Source: Hydrogenophaga intermedia
GTDB lineage: Bacteria > Pseudomonadota > Gammaproteobacteria > Ga0077536
Direction: 5' to 3'
Assembly: GCA_943370145.1 (NCBI GenBank)
Contig: CALRPY020000002.1
Span: 89,766-153,765, forward strand
Length of the DNA: 64,000 nt
Below, in pieces: positions 17,662 to 28,229 of the stretch. Below the pieces are notes generated by a model that was not told the DNA's origin, did not search any database, and was given only the letters and a program-made list of their open reading frames with translations. The stretch's first letter is position 1. The number at the start of each line of letters is the position of its first letter. The translations under genes were made by a program, and so were the position numbers.

Positions 17662-18531
17662 ATGAACACTGTCTTTTCGGTCCAGGATCTCCGCCAGGTC
17701 ATCGCCGGCTGGCGACGCGACGGCGCGACGGTCGCATTCGTCCCGACGATGGGCAACCTGCACGACGGCCACATCACGCTGCTCCGCAAGGCGCGCACGC
17801 TCGCCGACCGCACCGTCGTCAGCATTTTCGTCAACCCGATCCAGTTCGGCCGTGGCGAGGACTATGCGCGCTACCCGTCGACGCTGGAGGCCGACCAGGC
17901 GAAGCTCGGCGCCGCCGGCCTCGACCTGCTCTTCGCGCCGAACCTCGACCAGCTCTATCCGGGCGGCATCGAGGAGGACACCCGGGTCACCGTGCCGGGC
18001 CTGTCGACGATCCTCTGCGGCCAGTACCGGCCCGGGCACTTCTCCGGCGTGGCGACCGTGGTGTCCAAGCTCTTCAACAACGTGCAGCCCGACGTCGCGC
18101 TGTTCGGTGAGAAGGACTACCAGCAGCTGCTGGTCATCAAGCGGATGGTGCACGACCTCCTGATCCCGGTCGAAGTGGTCGGCCAGCCGATCGTGCGCGA
18201 AGCCGACGGGCTCGCGATGAGCTCGCGCAACGGCTATCTCAGCGCCGAGGAACGCGGCCGCGCGCCGCTGATCTTCCAGACCCTGAACAAGGCCGCCGAC
18301 CGCCTGCGCGCCCAGGACGGCTCGCTGATCGCGATCGAGACCGCCGGCATGGCGGAACTCGCCGCGGCGGGTTTCCGCCCGGAATACCTCAGCATCCGCC
18401 GGGCCGCCGATCTCACGCCGCCGCAGGCGGGCGACGCAAGCCTGCAGATTCTCGTTGCCGCCTGGCTCGGCGCCGCGCGCCTGATCGACAACATCCGCGT
18501 GGAGATGCCGACGCCCCTGCGGGCGTCGTGA
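17662..18531 (+). CDS. panC: pantoate--beta-alanine ligase
   Basis: VAFVPTMGNLHDGHITLL..VVSIFVNPIQF..GHFSGVATVV.KLFN..FGEKDYQQL. Start trimmed to ATG 17662. Confidence 0.92.
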   Translation: MNTVFSVQDLRQVIAGWRRDGATVAFVPTMGNLHDGHITLLRKARTLADRTVVSIFVNPIQFGRGEDYARYPSTLEADQAKLGAAGLDLLFAPNLDQLYPGGIEEDTRVTVPGLSTILCGQYRPGHFSGVATVVSKLFNNVQPDVALFGEKDYQQLLVIKRMVHDLLIPVEVVGQPIVREADGLAMSSRNGYLSAEERGRAPLIFQTLNKAADRLRAQDGSLIAIETAGMAELAAAGFRPEYLSIRRAADLTPPQAGDASLQILVAAWLGAARLIDNIRVEMPTPLRAS

Positions 18532-18538
18532 GCCGCCG

Positions 18539-19291
18539 ATGAGCACCCACAGCCCCGGCGCCGCGGTTCTCGTCATCGGCAACGAGATCCTGTCCGGCCG
18601 CACGCGTGACGCCAACGTCCAGACGATAGGCTCGGCGCTCGGCGAGATCGGCATCCGCCTGCGCGAGGTGCGCGTGGTCGAGGACCGTGAGCCGGCGATC
18701 GTCGAGGCGGTCAACGCGCTGCGGGCCACCTACGATTACGTCTTCACGACCGGCGGCATCGGCCCGACGCACGACGACATCACGACCGACTGCATCGGCG
18801 CCGCGTTCGGGCGCGAAGTCCGCCACGATCCGGCGGCGGTGGCGCTGCTGACGAACTACTACGGTCCCGCCGAGGCGACCGAGACGCGCCTGCGCATGGC
18901 GCGCGTGCCGGCGGGCGCGAGCCTCATCGACAATCCCGTCAGCGCGGCGCCTGGCTTCCGGCTCGAGAACGTGTTCGTGCTGCCCGGCGTACCGCGCATC
19001 CTGCAGGCCATGCTGCCCGGCGTCCTCGCGACCCTGCCTGGCGGCCCGCCGATCGTCAGCCAGTCGCTGACCGCGTGGGTCCGTGAGAGCGACGTCGCGG
19101 CGGACCTGGCCGCGGTCCAGGGCCGTTATCCGGGGCTGGACCTCGGCAGCTATCCGTTCGCCCGTGAGGGTCGCTTCGGCACCTCGCTGGTCGTGCGCGG
19201 CAACGCGCCCGATGCCGTCGTCGCGGCGGCGGCGGAAGTCGCGGACTTCCTGCGCGCGCGCGGCGTCGAGTTCGACGTCACCGGGCCCTGA
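18539..19291 (+). CDS. CinA-like molybdopterin-binding (MoCF_biosynth) domain protein
   Basis: AAVLVIGNEILSGRTRDANV..YVFTTGGIGPTHDDITTD. Confidence 0.8.
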   Translation: MSTHSPGAAVLVIGNEILSGRTRDANVQTIGSALGEIGIRLREVRVVEDREPAIVEAVNALRATYDYVFTTGGIGPTHDDITTDCIGAAFGREVRHDPAAVALLTNYYGPAEATETRLRMARVPAGASLIDNPVSAAPGFRLENVFVLPGVPRILQAMLPGVLATLPGGPPIVSQSLTAWVRESDVAADLAAVQGRYPGLDLGSYPFAREGRFGTSLVVRGNAPDAVVAAAAEVADFLRARGVEFDVTGP

Positions 19292-19375
19292 TCCGGCAGC
19301 CGTCGCGACTGCCCAATCCTTTGAACCGCAACGAGTTTGGTGTAGCTTAACCAGCCCACCCCGCCTGCCTCGCCA

Positions 19376-20719
19376 ATGACCAGACGCGTATTCATCAAGA
19401 CCTTCGGCTGCCAGATGAACGAGTACGACTCGCAGAAGATGGTCGAGCTGCTCGAAGCCAGGCACGGCTTCGCGGTGGCGGCCTCGCCCGAGGAGGCCGA
19501 CCTGCTGCTGCTCAATACCTGCTCGGTGCGCGAGAAGGCGCAGGAAAAGCTGTTCTCCGAGCTTGGCCGCTGGAAGGCGTTCAAGGATGCCCGCAAGGGC
19601 GTGGTGATCGGGGTCGGCGGTTGCGTCGCGAGCCAGGAAGGGGACCGCATCTTCGGCCGGGCGCCCTATGTCGACCTCGTGTTCGGGCCGCAGACGCTGC
19701 ATCGCCTGCCGGAGCTCTACGCCGAGGCCCTTGCCGGCCGCGGGCAGCTCGTCGATGTCAGCTTCCCGGAGATCGAGAAGTTCGATCGCCTGCCCGAACC
19801 GAGGGCCGATGGTCCCACCGCCTTCGTGTCGGTCATGGAAGGCTGTAGCAAGTACTGCACCTTCTGCGTCGTGCCCTACACCCGGGGCGAGGAATTCAGC
19901 CGCACCTTCGACGACGTCATCGCCGAAATCGACACGCTCGCGGCGCAGGGCGTGCGCGAGGTGACCTTGCTCGGGCAGAACGTCAACGCCTACCGTGGCC
20001 TGATGCACGACGGGCAGATCTGCGACCTCGCGGCGCTCATCCGCTTCGTCGCCGCCATCGACGGGATCGAGCGTATCCGCTACACGACCTCGCACCCGGT
20101 CGAATTCACCGACCGCCTGATCGCGGCCTACGCCGACGTGCCCGCGCTCGTCAGCCACGTGCATCTCCCGGTCCAGAGCGGCTCGGATCGCGTGCTCGCC
20201 GCGATGAAGCGCGGGCACACCGTGCTCGAGTACCTGTCGAAGATCCGGCGCCTGCGCCAGGCGCGGCCGGACGTGCACATCTCGTCCGATTTCATCGTCG
20301 GCTTCCCGGGTGAAACGCAGGCGGATTTCGACGCCACGATGCGGCTCGTCGAGCAGGTCGACTTCGATCACTCGTTCAGCTTCATCTACAGCCCGCGTCC
20401 CGGCACGCCGGCCTCGAACCTGCCCGACGACGTGACGCCGGAGGAGAAGAAGCATCGGCTCGCGATCCTGCAGCGCCGGCTCGAGGAGCTCGCGCAGGAG
20501 AAGAGCCGGCGCATGGTCGGCACGACGCAGCGCGTGCTGGTCACCGGCCTATCGCGCAAGAGCGCCGTCGAGCTCGCCGGCCGCACCGACAACAACCGTG
20601 TCGTGAATTTCGCGGGCGACGCGGCGCTCGTCGGCCAGTTCGTCGAGGTGAACATCACCGCGGCGCTTCCCAATTCCCTGCGCGGCGAACTCGTCGCCGC
20701 GGTCCAACTCGCCGGCTGA
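19376..20719 (+). CDS. miaB: tRNA-2-methylthio-N6-dimethylallyladenosine synthase
   Basis: [47 protein letters not shown] (radical SAM CxxxCxxC). Confidence 0.95.
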   Translation: MTRRVFIKTFGCQMNEYDSQKMVELLEARHGFAVAASPEEADLLLLNTCSVREKAQEKLFSELGRWKAFKDARKGVVIGVGGCVASQEGDRIFGRAPYVDLVFGPQTLHRLPELYAEALAGRGQLVDVSFPEIEKFDRLPEPRADGPTAFVSVMEGCSKYCTFCVVPYTRGEEFSRTFDDVIAEIDTLAAQGVREVTLLGQNVNAYRGLMHDGQICDLAALIRFVAAIDGIERIRYTTSHPVEFTDRLIAAYADVPALVSHVHLPVQSGSDRVLAAMKRGHTVLEYLSKIRRLRQARPDVHISSDFIVGFPGETQADFDATMRLVEQVDFDHSFSFIYSPRPGTPASNLPDDVTPEEKKHRLAILQRRLEELAQEKSRRMVGTTQRVLVTGLSRKSAVELAGRTDNNRVVNFAGDAALVGQFVEVNITAALPNSLRGELVAAVQLAG

Positions 20720-21690
20720 TGGCGGAGGGCAAGCCCATAGAACTCACCCTCGAACCGGTCGACAACGAACGTCTCGCGAATCTCTGCGGCCAGTTCGACG
20801 ACCACCTGAGGTTGATCGAGCGCCGTCTCGGCGTCGAGATCAGCAACCGCGGCAACGTGTTCGCGATCGGCGGCGACGCGGCGGCGGCCGACACCGCCGC
20901 CGGCGTGCTGCGCGACCTCTACACGTCGACCGAAGGCAGGTTCCTGGCCCCGGCCGACGTGCACCTGCGCCTGCAGGAGTCGGCCGCCGCGCTCGCGAGC
21001 CTCGGCGCGCCGACCGACGACGAGGACGTCGTCATCCATACCCGCCGCTCCGTGATCAAGGCGCGTGGCGCGAACCAGAAGATCTACCTGCGCAACATCG
21101 AGCGTTGCGACATCAGCTTCGGCGTGGGGCCCGCCGGCACCGGCAAGACCTACCTGGCGGTGGCCGCCGCGGTGGCGGCGCTGGAGCGGGATCGCGTGCG
21201 ACGCCTGTGCCTGGTACGTCCCGCGGTGGAGGCGGGCGAGCGCCTTGGCTTCCTGCCGGGCGACATGGCGCAGAAAATCGATCCGTACCTGCGGCCGCTG
21301 TACGACGCGCTGTACGAAATGCTCGGCTTCGAGCGTGTCGCGAAGCTCATCGAGCGCAACGTCATCGAGGTCGCGCCGCTCGCCTTCATGCGCGGCCGCA
21401 CGCTCAACGACGCCTTCATCATCCTCGACGAGGCCCAGAACACCACGACCGAGCAGATGAAGATGTTCCTCACGCGCATCGGCTTCGGCGCCAAGGCGGT
21501 GATCACCGGTGACGTCACGCAGATTGACCTGCCGCGTGGCCGGGAATCCGGCCTCAAGCACGCAATCGAGGTGGTGCGGAAGATCGAAGGCATCAGCTTC
21601 ACGTTCTTCCGCTCGCAGGACGTCGTGCGCCACGCGCTGGTCGGCCGCATCCTCGACGCCTACGAGGACTATGAAAACCGCGAAGGCTGA
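20719..21690 (+). CDS. ybeZ: PhoH-like ATPase
   Basis: [37 protein letters not shown]; position between miaB and ybeY. Confidence 0.92.
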   Translation: MAEGKPIELTLEPVDNERLANLCGQFDDHLRLIERRLGVEISNRGNVFAIGGDAAAADTAAGVLRDLYTSTEGRFLAPADVHLRLQESAAALASLGAPTDDEDVVIHTRRSVIKARGANQKIYLRNIERCDISFGVGPAGTGKTYLAVAAAVAALERDRVRRLCLVRPAVEAGERLGFLPGDMAQKIDPYLRPLYDALYEMLGFERVAKLIERNVIEVAPLAFMRGRTLNDAFIILDEAQNTTTEQMKMFLTRIGFGAKAVITGDVTQIDLPRGRESGLKHAIEVVRKIEGISFTFFRSQDVVRHALVGRILDAYEDYENREG

Positions 21691-22168
21691 ACCCCCGCCT
21701 GCCAGGGCGGGCACGGTGGAGATCGTCATCCAGCGCGCCTGCGCGCCACGCGGGCTGCCCACGAATGCCGACATGAGGCGCTGGCTGGTGCACGCCGTCG
21801 GGCGCATAAGGCCCGGCGCGAGCCTCACCGTGCGCATCGTGGACGCGACGGAGGGCGCGGCGCTCAACGAGCGCTGGCGCGGCAAGCAGGGCCCCACCAA
21901 CGTGTTGTCGTTCCCGCTCTCGGGGCTCGAGGACCTCGCGCCGGGACTGCTGGGCGACATCGTGCTGTGCGCCCCGGTGCTGAAGGCCGAGGCCGCGGCA
22001 CAGGGCAAGACGATCGCCCAGCACTGCGCCCATCTCCTCGTGCACGGGGCGCTGCACCTGCTCGGTTACGACCACGTGAAGCCGCGCCAGGCCCGCGTGA
22101 TGGAACAGCTCGAAACCGGGCTCCTTGCCGAACTCGAATTCCCCGACCCTTACGTGGAGCGCGTGTGA
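21671..22168 (+). CDS. ybeY: rRNA maturation endoribonuclease YbeY
   Basis: PTNVLSFP..GDIVLC.. and the zinc motif HLLVHGALHLLGYDH. Start trimmed to ATG 21671. Confidence 0.92.
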   Translation: MKTAKAEPPPARAGTVEIVIQRACAPRGLPTNADMRRWLVHAVGRIRPGASLTVRIVDATEGAALNERWRGKQGPTNVLSFPLSGLEDLAPGLLGDIVLCAPVLKAEAAAQGKTIAQHCAHLLVHGALHLLGYDHVKPRQARVMEQLETGLLAELEFPDPYVERV

Positions 22169-22172
22169 GCCC

Positions 22173-23057
22173 ATGACTTCAGAACCTGGACCTGCCACGT
22201 CGAGACCCTGGCTGAACAAACTGCTGGACCCCCTGCGTACGAGGCTCGCCGCGCTGCTGCACCCCGGTGCGCGCAGCCGCCAGGATCTCATCCGTTACGT
22301 GCACGATGCCGAGAGCCGGCACCTCATCGACGTGGACACCGCGGCGATGATGGAAGGGGCGGTGCTGGTGTCCGAGAGCAAGGTGCTGGACATCATGGTG
22401 CCGCGCTCCGAGATGGTCTTCATCGAGGCCGATTCGACGCCGGCCGAGTTCCTGCCCGGCGTCATCGAGTCCGCGCACTCGCGCTTTCCGGTGCTCGACG
22501 CGAAGCACGAGAAAGTGCTCGGCATCCTGCTCGCGAAGGACCTGCTGCCGCTGGCCGCGGACCCGGGTCAGCCGTTCAACATCCGCGACATCCTGCGCCC
22601 GGCGGTGTTCGTGCCGGAGAGCAAGCGGCTCAACATCCTGCTCCGCGAGTTCCGCCAGAGCCGCAATCACCTGGCCATCGTCATCGACGAGTACGGCGGC
22701 ATCGCAGGGCTCGTCAGCATCGAGGATGTGATCGAGCAGATCGTCGGTGAGATCGACGACGAGTACGACATCGACGACGAGGAGTTCATCCGCGTCCACC
22801 GCGCGAACCGCTACACGGTCAAGGGTCGCACGCCGATCGAATCCTTCAACGAGTACTTCAAGTCGACGCTGTCCGACGAGGATTACGACACCGTCGCCGG
22901 CCTGGTCGTGCACGAGTTCGGGCGCCTGCCGCAGCGGGGCGACGAAATCGAGTTCGGCGGCTTCCACTTCAAGGTCCTGCGCGCCGACCCGCGCCGGGTG
23001 AACCTGCTGCGCGTGATCCGCAGCGGCGACCCGCGGGCCTTCAGCGAGGACGGTTGA
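22173..23057 (+). CDS. corC: HlyC/CorC family magnesium/cobalt efflux-associated protein (CBS pair + CorC_HlyC)
   Basis: ..MVPRSEMVFIE..HSRFPV..REFRQSRNHLAIVIDEYGGIAGLVSIEDVIEQIVGEI.. Confidence 0.9.
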   Translation: MTSEPGPATSRPWLNKLLDPLRTRLAALLHPGARSRQDLIRYVHDAESRHLIDVDTAAMMEGAVLVSESKVLDIMVPRSEMVFIEADSTPAEFLPGVIESAHSRFPVLDAKHEKVLGILLAKDLLPLAADPGQPFNIRDILRPAVFVPESKRLNILLREFRQSRNHLAIVIDEYGGIAGLVSIEDVIEQIVGEIDDEYDIDDEEFIRVHRANRYTVKGRTPIESFNEYFKSTLSDEDYDTVAGLVVHEFGRLPQRGDEIEFGGFHFKVLRADPRRVNLLRVIRSGDPRAFSEDG

Positions 23058-23094
23058 GCCGCCGCCCGCGAGGCCCGCTCAAAGACCCACGACG

Positions 23095-24609
23095 ATGCGC
23101 GCCCTGAGCGTCCTGCTGGCAGGCCTGGTCCTGCCCCTGTCCTTCGCGCCCTACGGCCTGTGGCCGCTGGCCCTGCTGTCGCTCGCCGTGCTCTTCGCTG
23201 GCTGGCGCGACGTGACGCCGCGGAGCGCGGCGGTACGCGGCTACCTGTTCGGGGTCGGCATGTTCGGCCACGGGGTGTCGTGGATCCAGGTGTCGATCCA
23301 CAAGTTCGGGCTGCCGCTCTACAGCTTCTCGGTGACGATGACGGCGCTGTTCGTGCTGTTCATGGCGCTCTACCCCGCGCTCGCCGGCTGGCTCGTGCGG
23401 CGCCTGCCGGCGCGCGACGACGCCTGGCGCCTGCTGCTCGTCGCACCGGTCGCGTGGACGCTCGTGGAATGTCTCCGCGGCGCCTTCCTGTCGGGCTTCC
23501 CGTGGCTCGTGGTGGGTTATGGCCAGGTCGGGTCCTGGTTCTCCGGCTACGTCCCGCTCGGGGGGGCCTACGGTGCGAGCCTCGCGGTTGCGCTCGCCGC
23601 CGCCGCGCTGGCGCAGCTCTCGCACGCGGTCCTGCGTCGCGGCAGCGTGGCCGGGCAGGGCCGCAATCGCTGTTCGACCGGCGCCGCCGCGACGCTGATC
23701 GCGCTGCCGCTCGCCGGTGCCCTGCTCGCGCGCATCGAATGGACCACGTCCGTCGGGCCTCCGGCCCGGGTTGCCCTGGTGCAGGGCGCGGTCCCGCAGG
23801 CGGCGAAGTGGCGCCCCGAATATCGCGAGCCGACGCTGCGCCTGTATGCGGAGCTGAGCGAAGCGCATTGGGGGAAGGACGTCGTGATCTGGCCGGAGTC
23901 GGCGTTGCCGGCCTTCCCACAGGAGATCGAGGGCTTTCTGTCGACCATCGCCGACAGGGCGCGCGCGGCGGGCACCGCGTTCCTGGTCGGGATCCCGACC
24001 GGCGACGCGCGTGGCGCGTATTACAACAGCCTGCTGATGCTCGGCGCCGGCGAGGGTCGCTACGACAAGCACCATCTCGTGCCCTTCGGCGAGTACCTGC
24101 CCTTCGACGCGCAAATTCGGCCGCTGCTGAATTTCCTCGCGATCCCGATGTCCAGCTTCACCCCCGGTGACGAACTGCAGGCGCCGCTCGTGGCCGGCAG
24201 GCTGCGCTTCGGCGCTTCCATCTGCTACGAGGACGCCTACGCGGCCGAGGTCCGCAAGGCGCTGCCGGCGGCCAACGTGCTGGTGAACGTCAGCGACGAC
24301 GCGTGGTTCGGCGACAGCCTCGCGCCGCACCAGCATCTGCAGATTGCACAGGTCCGTGCGCTGGAGGCCGGGCGCCCCCTGTTGCGGGCCACCAATACCG
24401 GCATCTCCGCGATCATCGACCACCGCGGCCGCGTGCTGGCGCGCTCGCCGCAGTTCGAGCCCTACGTGCTGAGCGGCGCGGCCGACGCGCGCAGCGGCGC
24501 GACGCCGTTCGCGCGTTACGGGCACTGGCCGCTGTATGCGGTGAGCGTGCTGCTGCTCGCGCTTGCGGCGCTGACCGGCCGTCGGGACCAGGCTACGGGC
24601 CCGGGTTGA
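23095..24609 (+). CDS. lnt: apolipoprotein N-acyltransferase
   Basis: Multi-TM N-terminus, then VALVQG..KW..IWPESA..YDKHHLVPFGEY.P..SICYE; conserved miaB..lnt cluster. Confidence 0.92.
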   Translation: MRALSVLLAGLVLPLSFAPYGLWPLALLSLAVLFAGWRDVTPRSAAVRGYLFGVGMFGHGVSWIQVSIHKFGLPLYSFSVTMTALFVLFMALYPALAGWLVRRLPARDDAWRLLLVAPVAWTLVECLRGAFLSGFPWLVVGYGQVGSWFSGYVPLGGAYGASLAVALAAAALAQLSHAVLRRGSVAGQGRNRCSTGAAATLIALPLAGALLARIEWTTSVGPPARVALVQGAVPQAAKWRPEYREPTLRLYAELSEAHWGKDVVIWPESALPAFPQEIEGFLSTIADRARAAGTAFLVGIPTGDARGAYYNSLLMLGAGEGRYDKHHLVPFGEYLPFDAQIRPLLNFLAIPMSSFTPGDELQAPLVAGRLRFGASICYEDAYAAEVRKALPAANVLVNVSDDAWFGDSLAPHQHLQIAQVRALEAGRPLLRATNTGISAIIDHRGRVLARSPQFEPYVLSGAADARSGATPFARYGHWPLYAVSVLLLALAALTGRRDQATGPG

Positions 24610-24624
24610 GGTTCGTCCGGCGTC

Positions 24625-26700
24625 TCACGGCAGCGTGATGGACAGCGTCAGGCGGAAGGTGCGCGGCTCCACCGGATGAAAATGGATGTCCGGCACCGGC
24701 GACGCTTCGCCCGGCAACCGTGATTCGTAGAAATAGGTGATGTCGTTGTCCTCGCTGTCGAGCAGGTTGAAGCCGGCCAGGGTCAACGCGACGCGCGGAT
24801 CGAAGCGATAGCTCACCTGTCCATTCATCACCGTGGTGGCCGACGAACGCGCACTGTCATCCTCGATCAGCGGCGCGGCGCCAAAGCGTCGCAGGCGCAG
24901 TCCCGCCTCCCACGGCGAGTCGGTCGTGATGGTCGCGCCGACCGATGCAACATCCTCGACGGCGTTCGGGATCCGGTCCGCGCCCGGCGCATCGACGAAA
25001 CGTGCGTTCGACCACGCGTAGTCCGCGTCGATCAGCAGCCACGCCAGCGGCTGCCACAGTGCGGAGACTTCCGTGCCGTAGCGCTCGCTCTCCCCGCTGG
25101 CTTCGGTCACGCCCGCGTCGCCGACATACACGAGTTCCGAGTCCAGGTTGAGCCACCACACCGAAGTCGCCAGCTGCACGCCGGGCACCAGCGCCGTCCG
25201 GAAGCCGAGGTCCACACCGGTGGCGCCCACCAGCGGTTCGACGGCGGACGTCGGGGTCACGCCGTCCGTCGGGTCGACCCTGATTGTCGCGCCTCGTGCA
25301 TCGTTGCTGTGGAAGCCACGCCCGACATTGACGAAGAACTCCGTCTTCCGCCACGGGCCGAGCACAAAGTTGATCTTGGGGCTCCCGATCGTATCGTCGG
25401 CCTTGCCGCTGTTGGCTGCGACGATGCTCTCCACGTCGAAGCGATAGTGATCGACGCGCACACCGAATGTCGCCCGCAGCCAATCCGTCAGCGGCGCCTC
25501 GGCTTCGCCGTACAGCGCAAACGCGGACTCGCCGACATCGTCCTCGCGTACGGTCCCGAGCCGGTCGCGCGCGACGGTCCGGTAAAGGCCGACCTTGCCT
25601 ATGTCATCGTGGCGGATCTGCGCACCTGCGGTGAGACGCCCCTCACGGCCGAGAAAGTCGAAGCCGCGTCCCACGCGACTGCGAAAACCGTAGACGCGGC
25701 GCTCGTCGAACTGCTCGAACTGATCGCCATTGAACGGGTCGTCCAGGAAATAGGTGAAGTTCGAGTACAGCTGGAGGCGGTAGTCCAGCGCATACGCGGC
25801 GACGTCCCACTGGTAGTCGCCCAGGGTACCGCGCCGATCACCCGATAGGCTGTAGCGGTGGGTGTCCCCGCCGACGCCGCGATCGAGCGCGCCAAAACGA
25901 TCGATGAGTCCGCGCTGCACCGCGCGCAGCGGGATCTGGTCCGGCGACCGCCATTCGTTGTCGTAGAACATCATCGCCAGCGTGCCACCCGCGAGTTCGT
26001 CACCGCCGCTGTACTTCACGAGGCCGCTGATGCGCTGGATGGCCTGGCGCAATGCCCACGGGCCGTCGTACTCGGCATATTGCACGCCGGCGAGCAGATC
26101 GCCCTGGCCGAGGCGGAAGGACCCTGCGCCGTAGCCTTCGACGCGATCGTATTCGCCAACCGTGAACTCGGCGACCGGTGCCGGCAGCGAGCGCGCGTAG
26201 CGGAAGTCGGCCGAACCGGCGGTCGCGAAATCACCGACGCTCGCGTAATACGGGCCCTTGCGGTAGTCGAGACTCTCGACCAGCGGCGCGATCAGGAAAT
26301 TCAGATCCGCATAACCCTGGCCGTGGCCGTGCGTCGGCATGTTCACCGGCAGCCCATCGACCCACACGGCGAAGTCGGTGCCATGGTCGAGGTTGAAGCC
26401 GCGCAGGAAATACTGGTTCGCCTTGCCTTCCCCGCTGTGCTGGGTGGCGATGAGGCCGGGCGTGAACTCCAGCAACTCGGCCGCGCGCGAGACCGGACGC
26501 TGCGCGATCTGATCGGACAGCACGACACCCTCACTTGCGGAGACGGGGCGTCCGGCGAGTTCATCGGGCCTTGCGCTCACGACGATTTCCCCCAGCGACT
26601 CGGTCGGCAAACCTGCCGCGCCGGCGGCATTCGCGGCTGCCACGCAGGCCAGCGCAAGCCCGTGGCGGGCCGCTGTGGTGAGCATCGGAAAACGGGACAT
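24625..26700 (-). CDS. TonB-dependent outer-membrane receptor
   Basis: Signal peptide, then plug region EIVVSA..VVLSDQIAQRPVSRAAELLEFTPGLIATQHSGEGKANQYFLRGFNLDHGTDF, then a long beta-barrel-like, Tyr/Gly/Asp-rich sequence. Start trimmed to ATG 26700. Confidence 0.88.
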   Translation of the reverse strand: MSRFPMLTTAARHGLALACVAAANAAGAAGLPTESLGEIVVSARPDELAGRPVSASEGVVLSDQIAQRPVSRAAELLEFTPGLIATQHSGEGKANQYFLRGFNLDHGTDFAVWVDGLPVNMPTHGHGQGYADLNFLIAPLVESLDYRKGPYYASVGDFATAGSADFRYARSLPAPVAEFTVGEYDRVEGYGAGSFRLGQGDLLAGVQYAEYDGPWALRQAIQRISGLVKYSGGDELAGGTLAMMFYDNEWRSPDQIPLRAVQRGLIDRFGALDRGVGGDTHRYSLSGDRRGTLGDYQWDVAAYALDYRLQLYSNFTYFLDDPFNGDQFEQFDERRVYGFRSRVGRGFDFLGREGRLTAGAQIRHDDIGKVGLYRTVARDRLGTVREDDVGESAFALYGEAEAPLTDWLRATFGVRVDHYRFDVESIVAANSGKADDTIGSPKINFVLGPWRKTEFFVNVGRGFHSNDARGATIRVDPTDGVTPTSAVEPLVGATGVDLGFRTALVPGVQLATSVWWLNLDSELVYVGDAGVTEASGESERYGTEVSALWQPLAWLLIDADYAWSNARFVDAPGADRIPNAVEDVASVGATITTDSPWEAGLRLRRFGAAPLIEDDSARSSATTVMNGQVSYRFDPRVALTLAGFNLLDSEDNDITYFYESRLPGEASPVPDIHFHPVEPRTFRLTLSITLP

Positions 26701-26849
26701 CGGACTGTTCCTGCCGCTTGGACGACGACGCGCTTTGTAGCATCGATTTCCAAAGCCGATTAATCCTCGGACTTTTAACCGGCAGGTAACAGAATCGGCA
26801 CAGACTCCAGCGACGCATCGAATCCTCTCGCAGCTTGACGAGCACGAAG

Positions 26850-27245
26850 ATGAACTTCCGCCACTGGACACGCGCCCCGCGCTTCGGCGAGCTCGAAACG
26901 CAAATCATGGAGTGCATCTGGGCGCGCGGCGCGATGTCGGCGCGCGAGGTGCAGGATGCGCTGAGCGATCGCCAGCTGTCATTGAGCACGGTCCAGTCGA
27001 CCCTCGAGAGACTCTCCCGCAAGCACGTGCTCAGGCGCGAGAAACACAGCCGTGCCTTCGTTTATGCCGCCACCGTCGATCGGACCGAGCTGATCGGGCG
27101 CCTGCTGCGGGATTTGTCGGATGAATTCGCGACCGGCAGATTCGAGCCGCTCTTCAGTGGCTTCCTGACCCTCGTCGACGAACTCGAGCCGGCACGCGCC
27201 CAGGCCGCCCTGGAGACCTTGCGCAAGCATATCGAGGACAAGTGA
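26850..27245 (+). CDS. BlaI/MecI/CopY family winged-helix repressor
   Basis: ELETQIMECIWARGAMSAREVQDAL..LSTVQSTLERLSRKHVLRREK..AFVYAA. Start is ATG 26850, or TTG 26835. Confidence 0.8.
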   Translation: MNFRHWTRAPRFGELETQIMECIWARGAMSAREVQDALSDRQLSLSTVQSTLERLSRKHVLRREKHSRAFVYAATVDRTELIGRLLRDLSDEFATGRFEPLFSGFLTLVDELEPARAQAALETLRKHIEDK

Positions 27246-27258
27246 GGCGCGCCGCGCG

Positions 27259-28206
27259 ATGGTCGATGCGCCGCTCGTTCTGCCGCTGCTGACCTGCGGG
27301 CTCCTGTGGTGGCTCTTTGCCGCGATGGCGGCCGGCGCCTTGCCGTGGCTGCTGCGGGGGCTGCGTCGTCTCGTCCCCCACCAGCGCTCGCTGTGCCTGC
27401 TCGGCGTCGCGCTGTACCCCCCGGCCATCGCCGCAGGTTTGAGTTTCCTGGTCTACACGCCGGCGCTGACCGCGCTTGCCGTCGACGCGCACTGCCACGA
27501 TGGCGTGTGCGGACTCCACGTGCCGGTGCTCAGGGCCTCCAGCGGACTGGCCCTGCTCACCACCGCAACGCTGTTCACCACGCTGGTCGTCGCGCTGTGT
27601 TGCCTGGGCGTCGCCCTGTGGCGCAGCGCCCGCATGACGCGCCTCGTGGCGCGGCTGGCGCACCGGGACGATGGGCGCGATTTCCGGCTGATTGACAGCG
27701 ATCGCCTGATCGCCTGCTGCCTCGGGATCCTGCATCCGACGATCGTGATCTCGAGCGGCCTGCTTGCGCGCGCCGAGCCGCGCCAGCTCGACGTCATCCT
27801 GATGCACGAACATGCGCACCGCTACCGTCTCGACAACCTGCGGCACCTGCTGGCGGGAGTCTCCACGCTGGTCTGGCCGGCCGCGCGGCGCGCCCAGCTG
27901 TTGCTGGAACTGCGGCTCGCCGCCGAGCAGAGTTGCGACCACGCGGTTGCCGCGGTGGCGGGCGACACGCGAGTCGTTGCCGGCACGATCGGCCACCTGC
28001 GCGGCCTTCACCACGCGGATGGGCCTCGCGCACCGGACGCCGACCTGTTCGTGGCCGCGCGCCTCACGGCACTCGCTCGCGGCGACTGGGTGATCCTGTC
28101 GCGCGGCCGCGCCTGGTCAGCCCTCGCCCTGCTGATGAGCATGCCGCTCTGCGCGTTGAGCTACCCCTTGCATCGGCTGTTCGAATTGCTCGTCTCAACG
28201 CTGTGA
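27259..28206 (+). CDS. BlaR1-like M56 family membrane metalloprotease lacking an extracellular sensor domain
   Basis: Polytopic N-terminus, the zinc motif ILMHEHAHRYRLDNL, only 315 aa. Starts 13 nt after the BlaI-like gene. Confidence 0.78.
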   Translation: MVDAPLVLPLLTCGLLWWLFAAMAAGALPWLLRGLRRLVPHQRSLCLLGVALYPPAIAAGLSFLVYTPALTALAVDAHCHDGVCGLHVPVLRASSGLALLTTATLFTTLVVALCCLGVALWRSARMTRLVARLAHRDDGRDFRLIDSDRLIACCLGILHPTIVISSGLLARAEPRQLDVILMHEHAHRYRLDNLRHLLAGVSTLVWPAARRAQLLLELRLAAEQSCDHAVAAVAGDTRVVAGTIGHLRGLHHADGPRAPDADLFVAARLTALARGDWVILSRGRAWSALALLMSMPLCALSYPLHRLFELLVSTL

Positions 28207-28229
28207 AGGACGCTTGATGGAGCGCCGCT

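Noticed and set aside
27259-28206. BlaR1 homolog as a beta-lactam resistance sensor
   Set aside because: The protein lacks the C-terminal penicillin-binding sensor domain, and no beta-lactamase or mecA-type gene is adjacent. It was annotated as a generic M56 switch instead.
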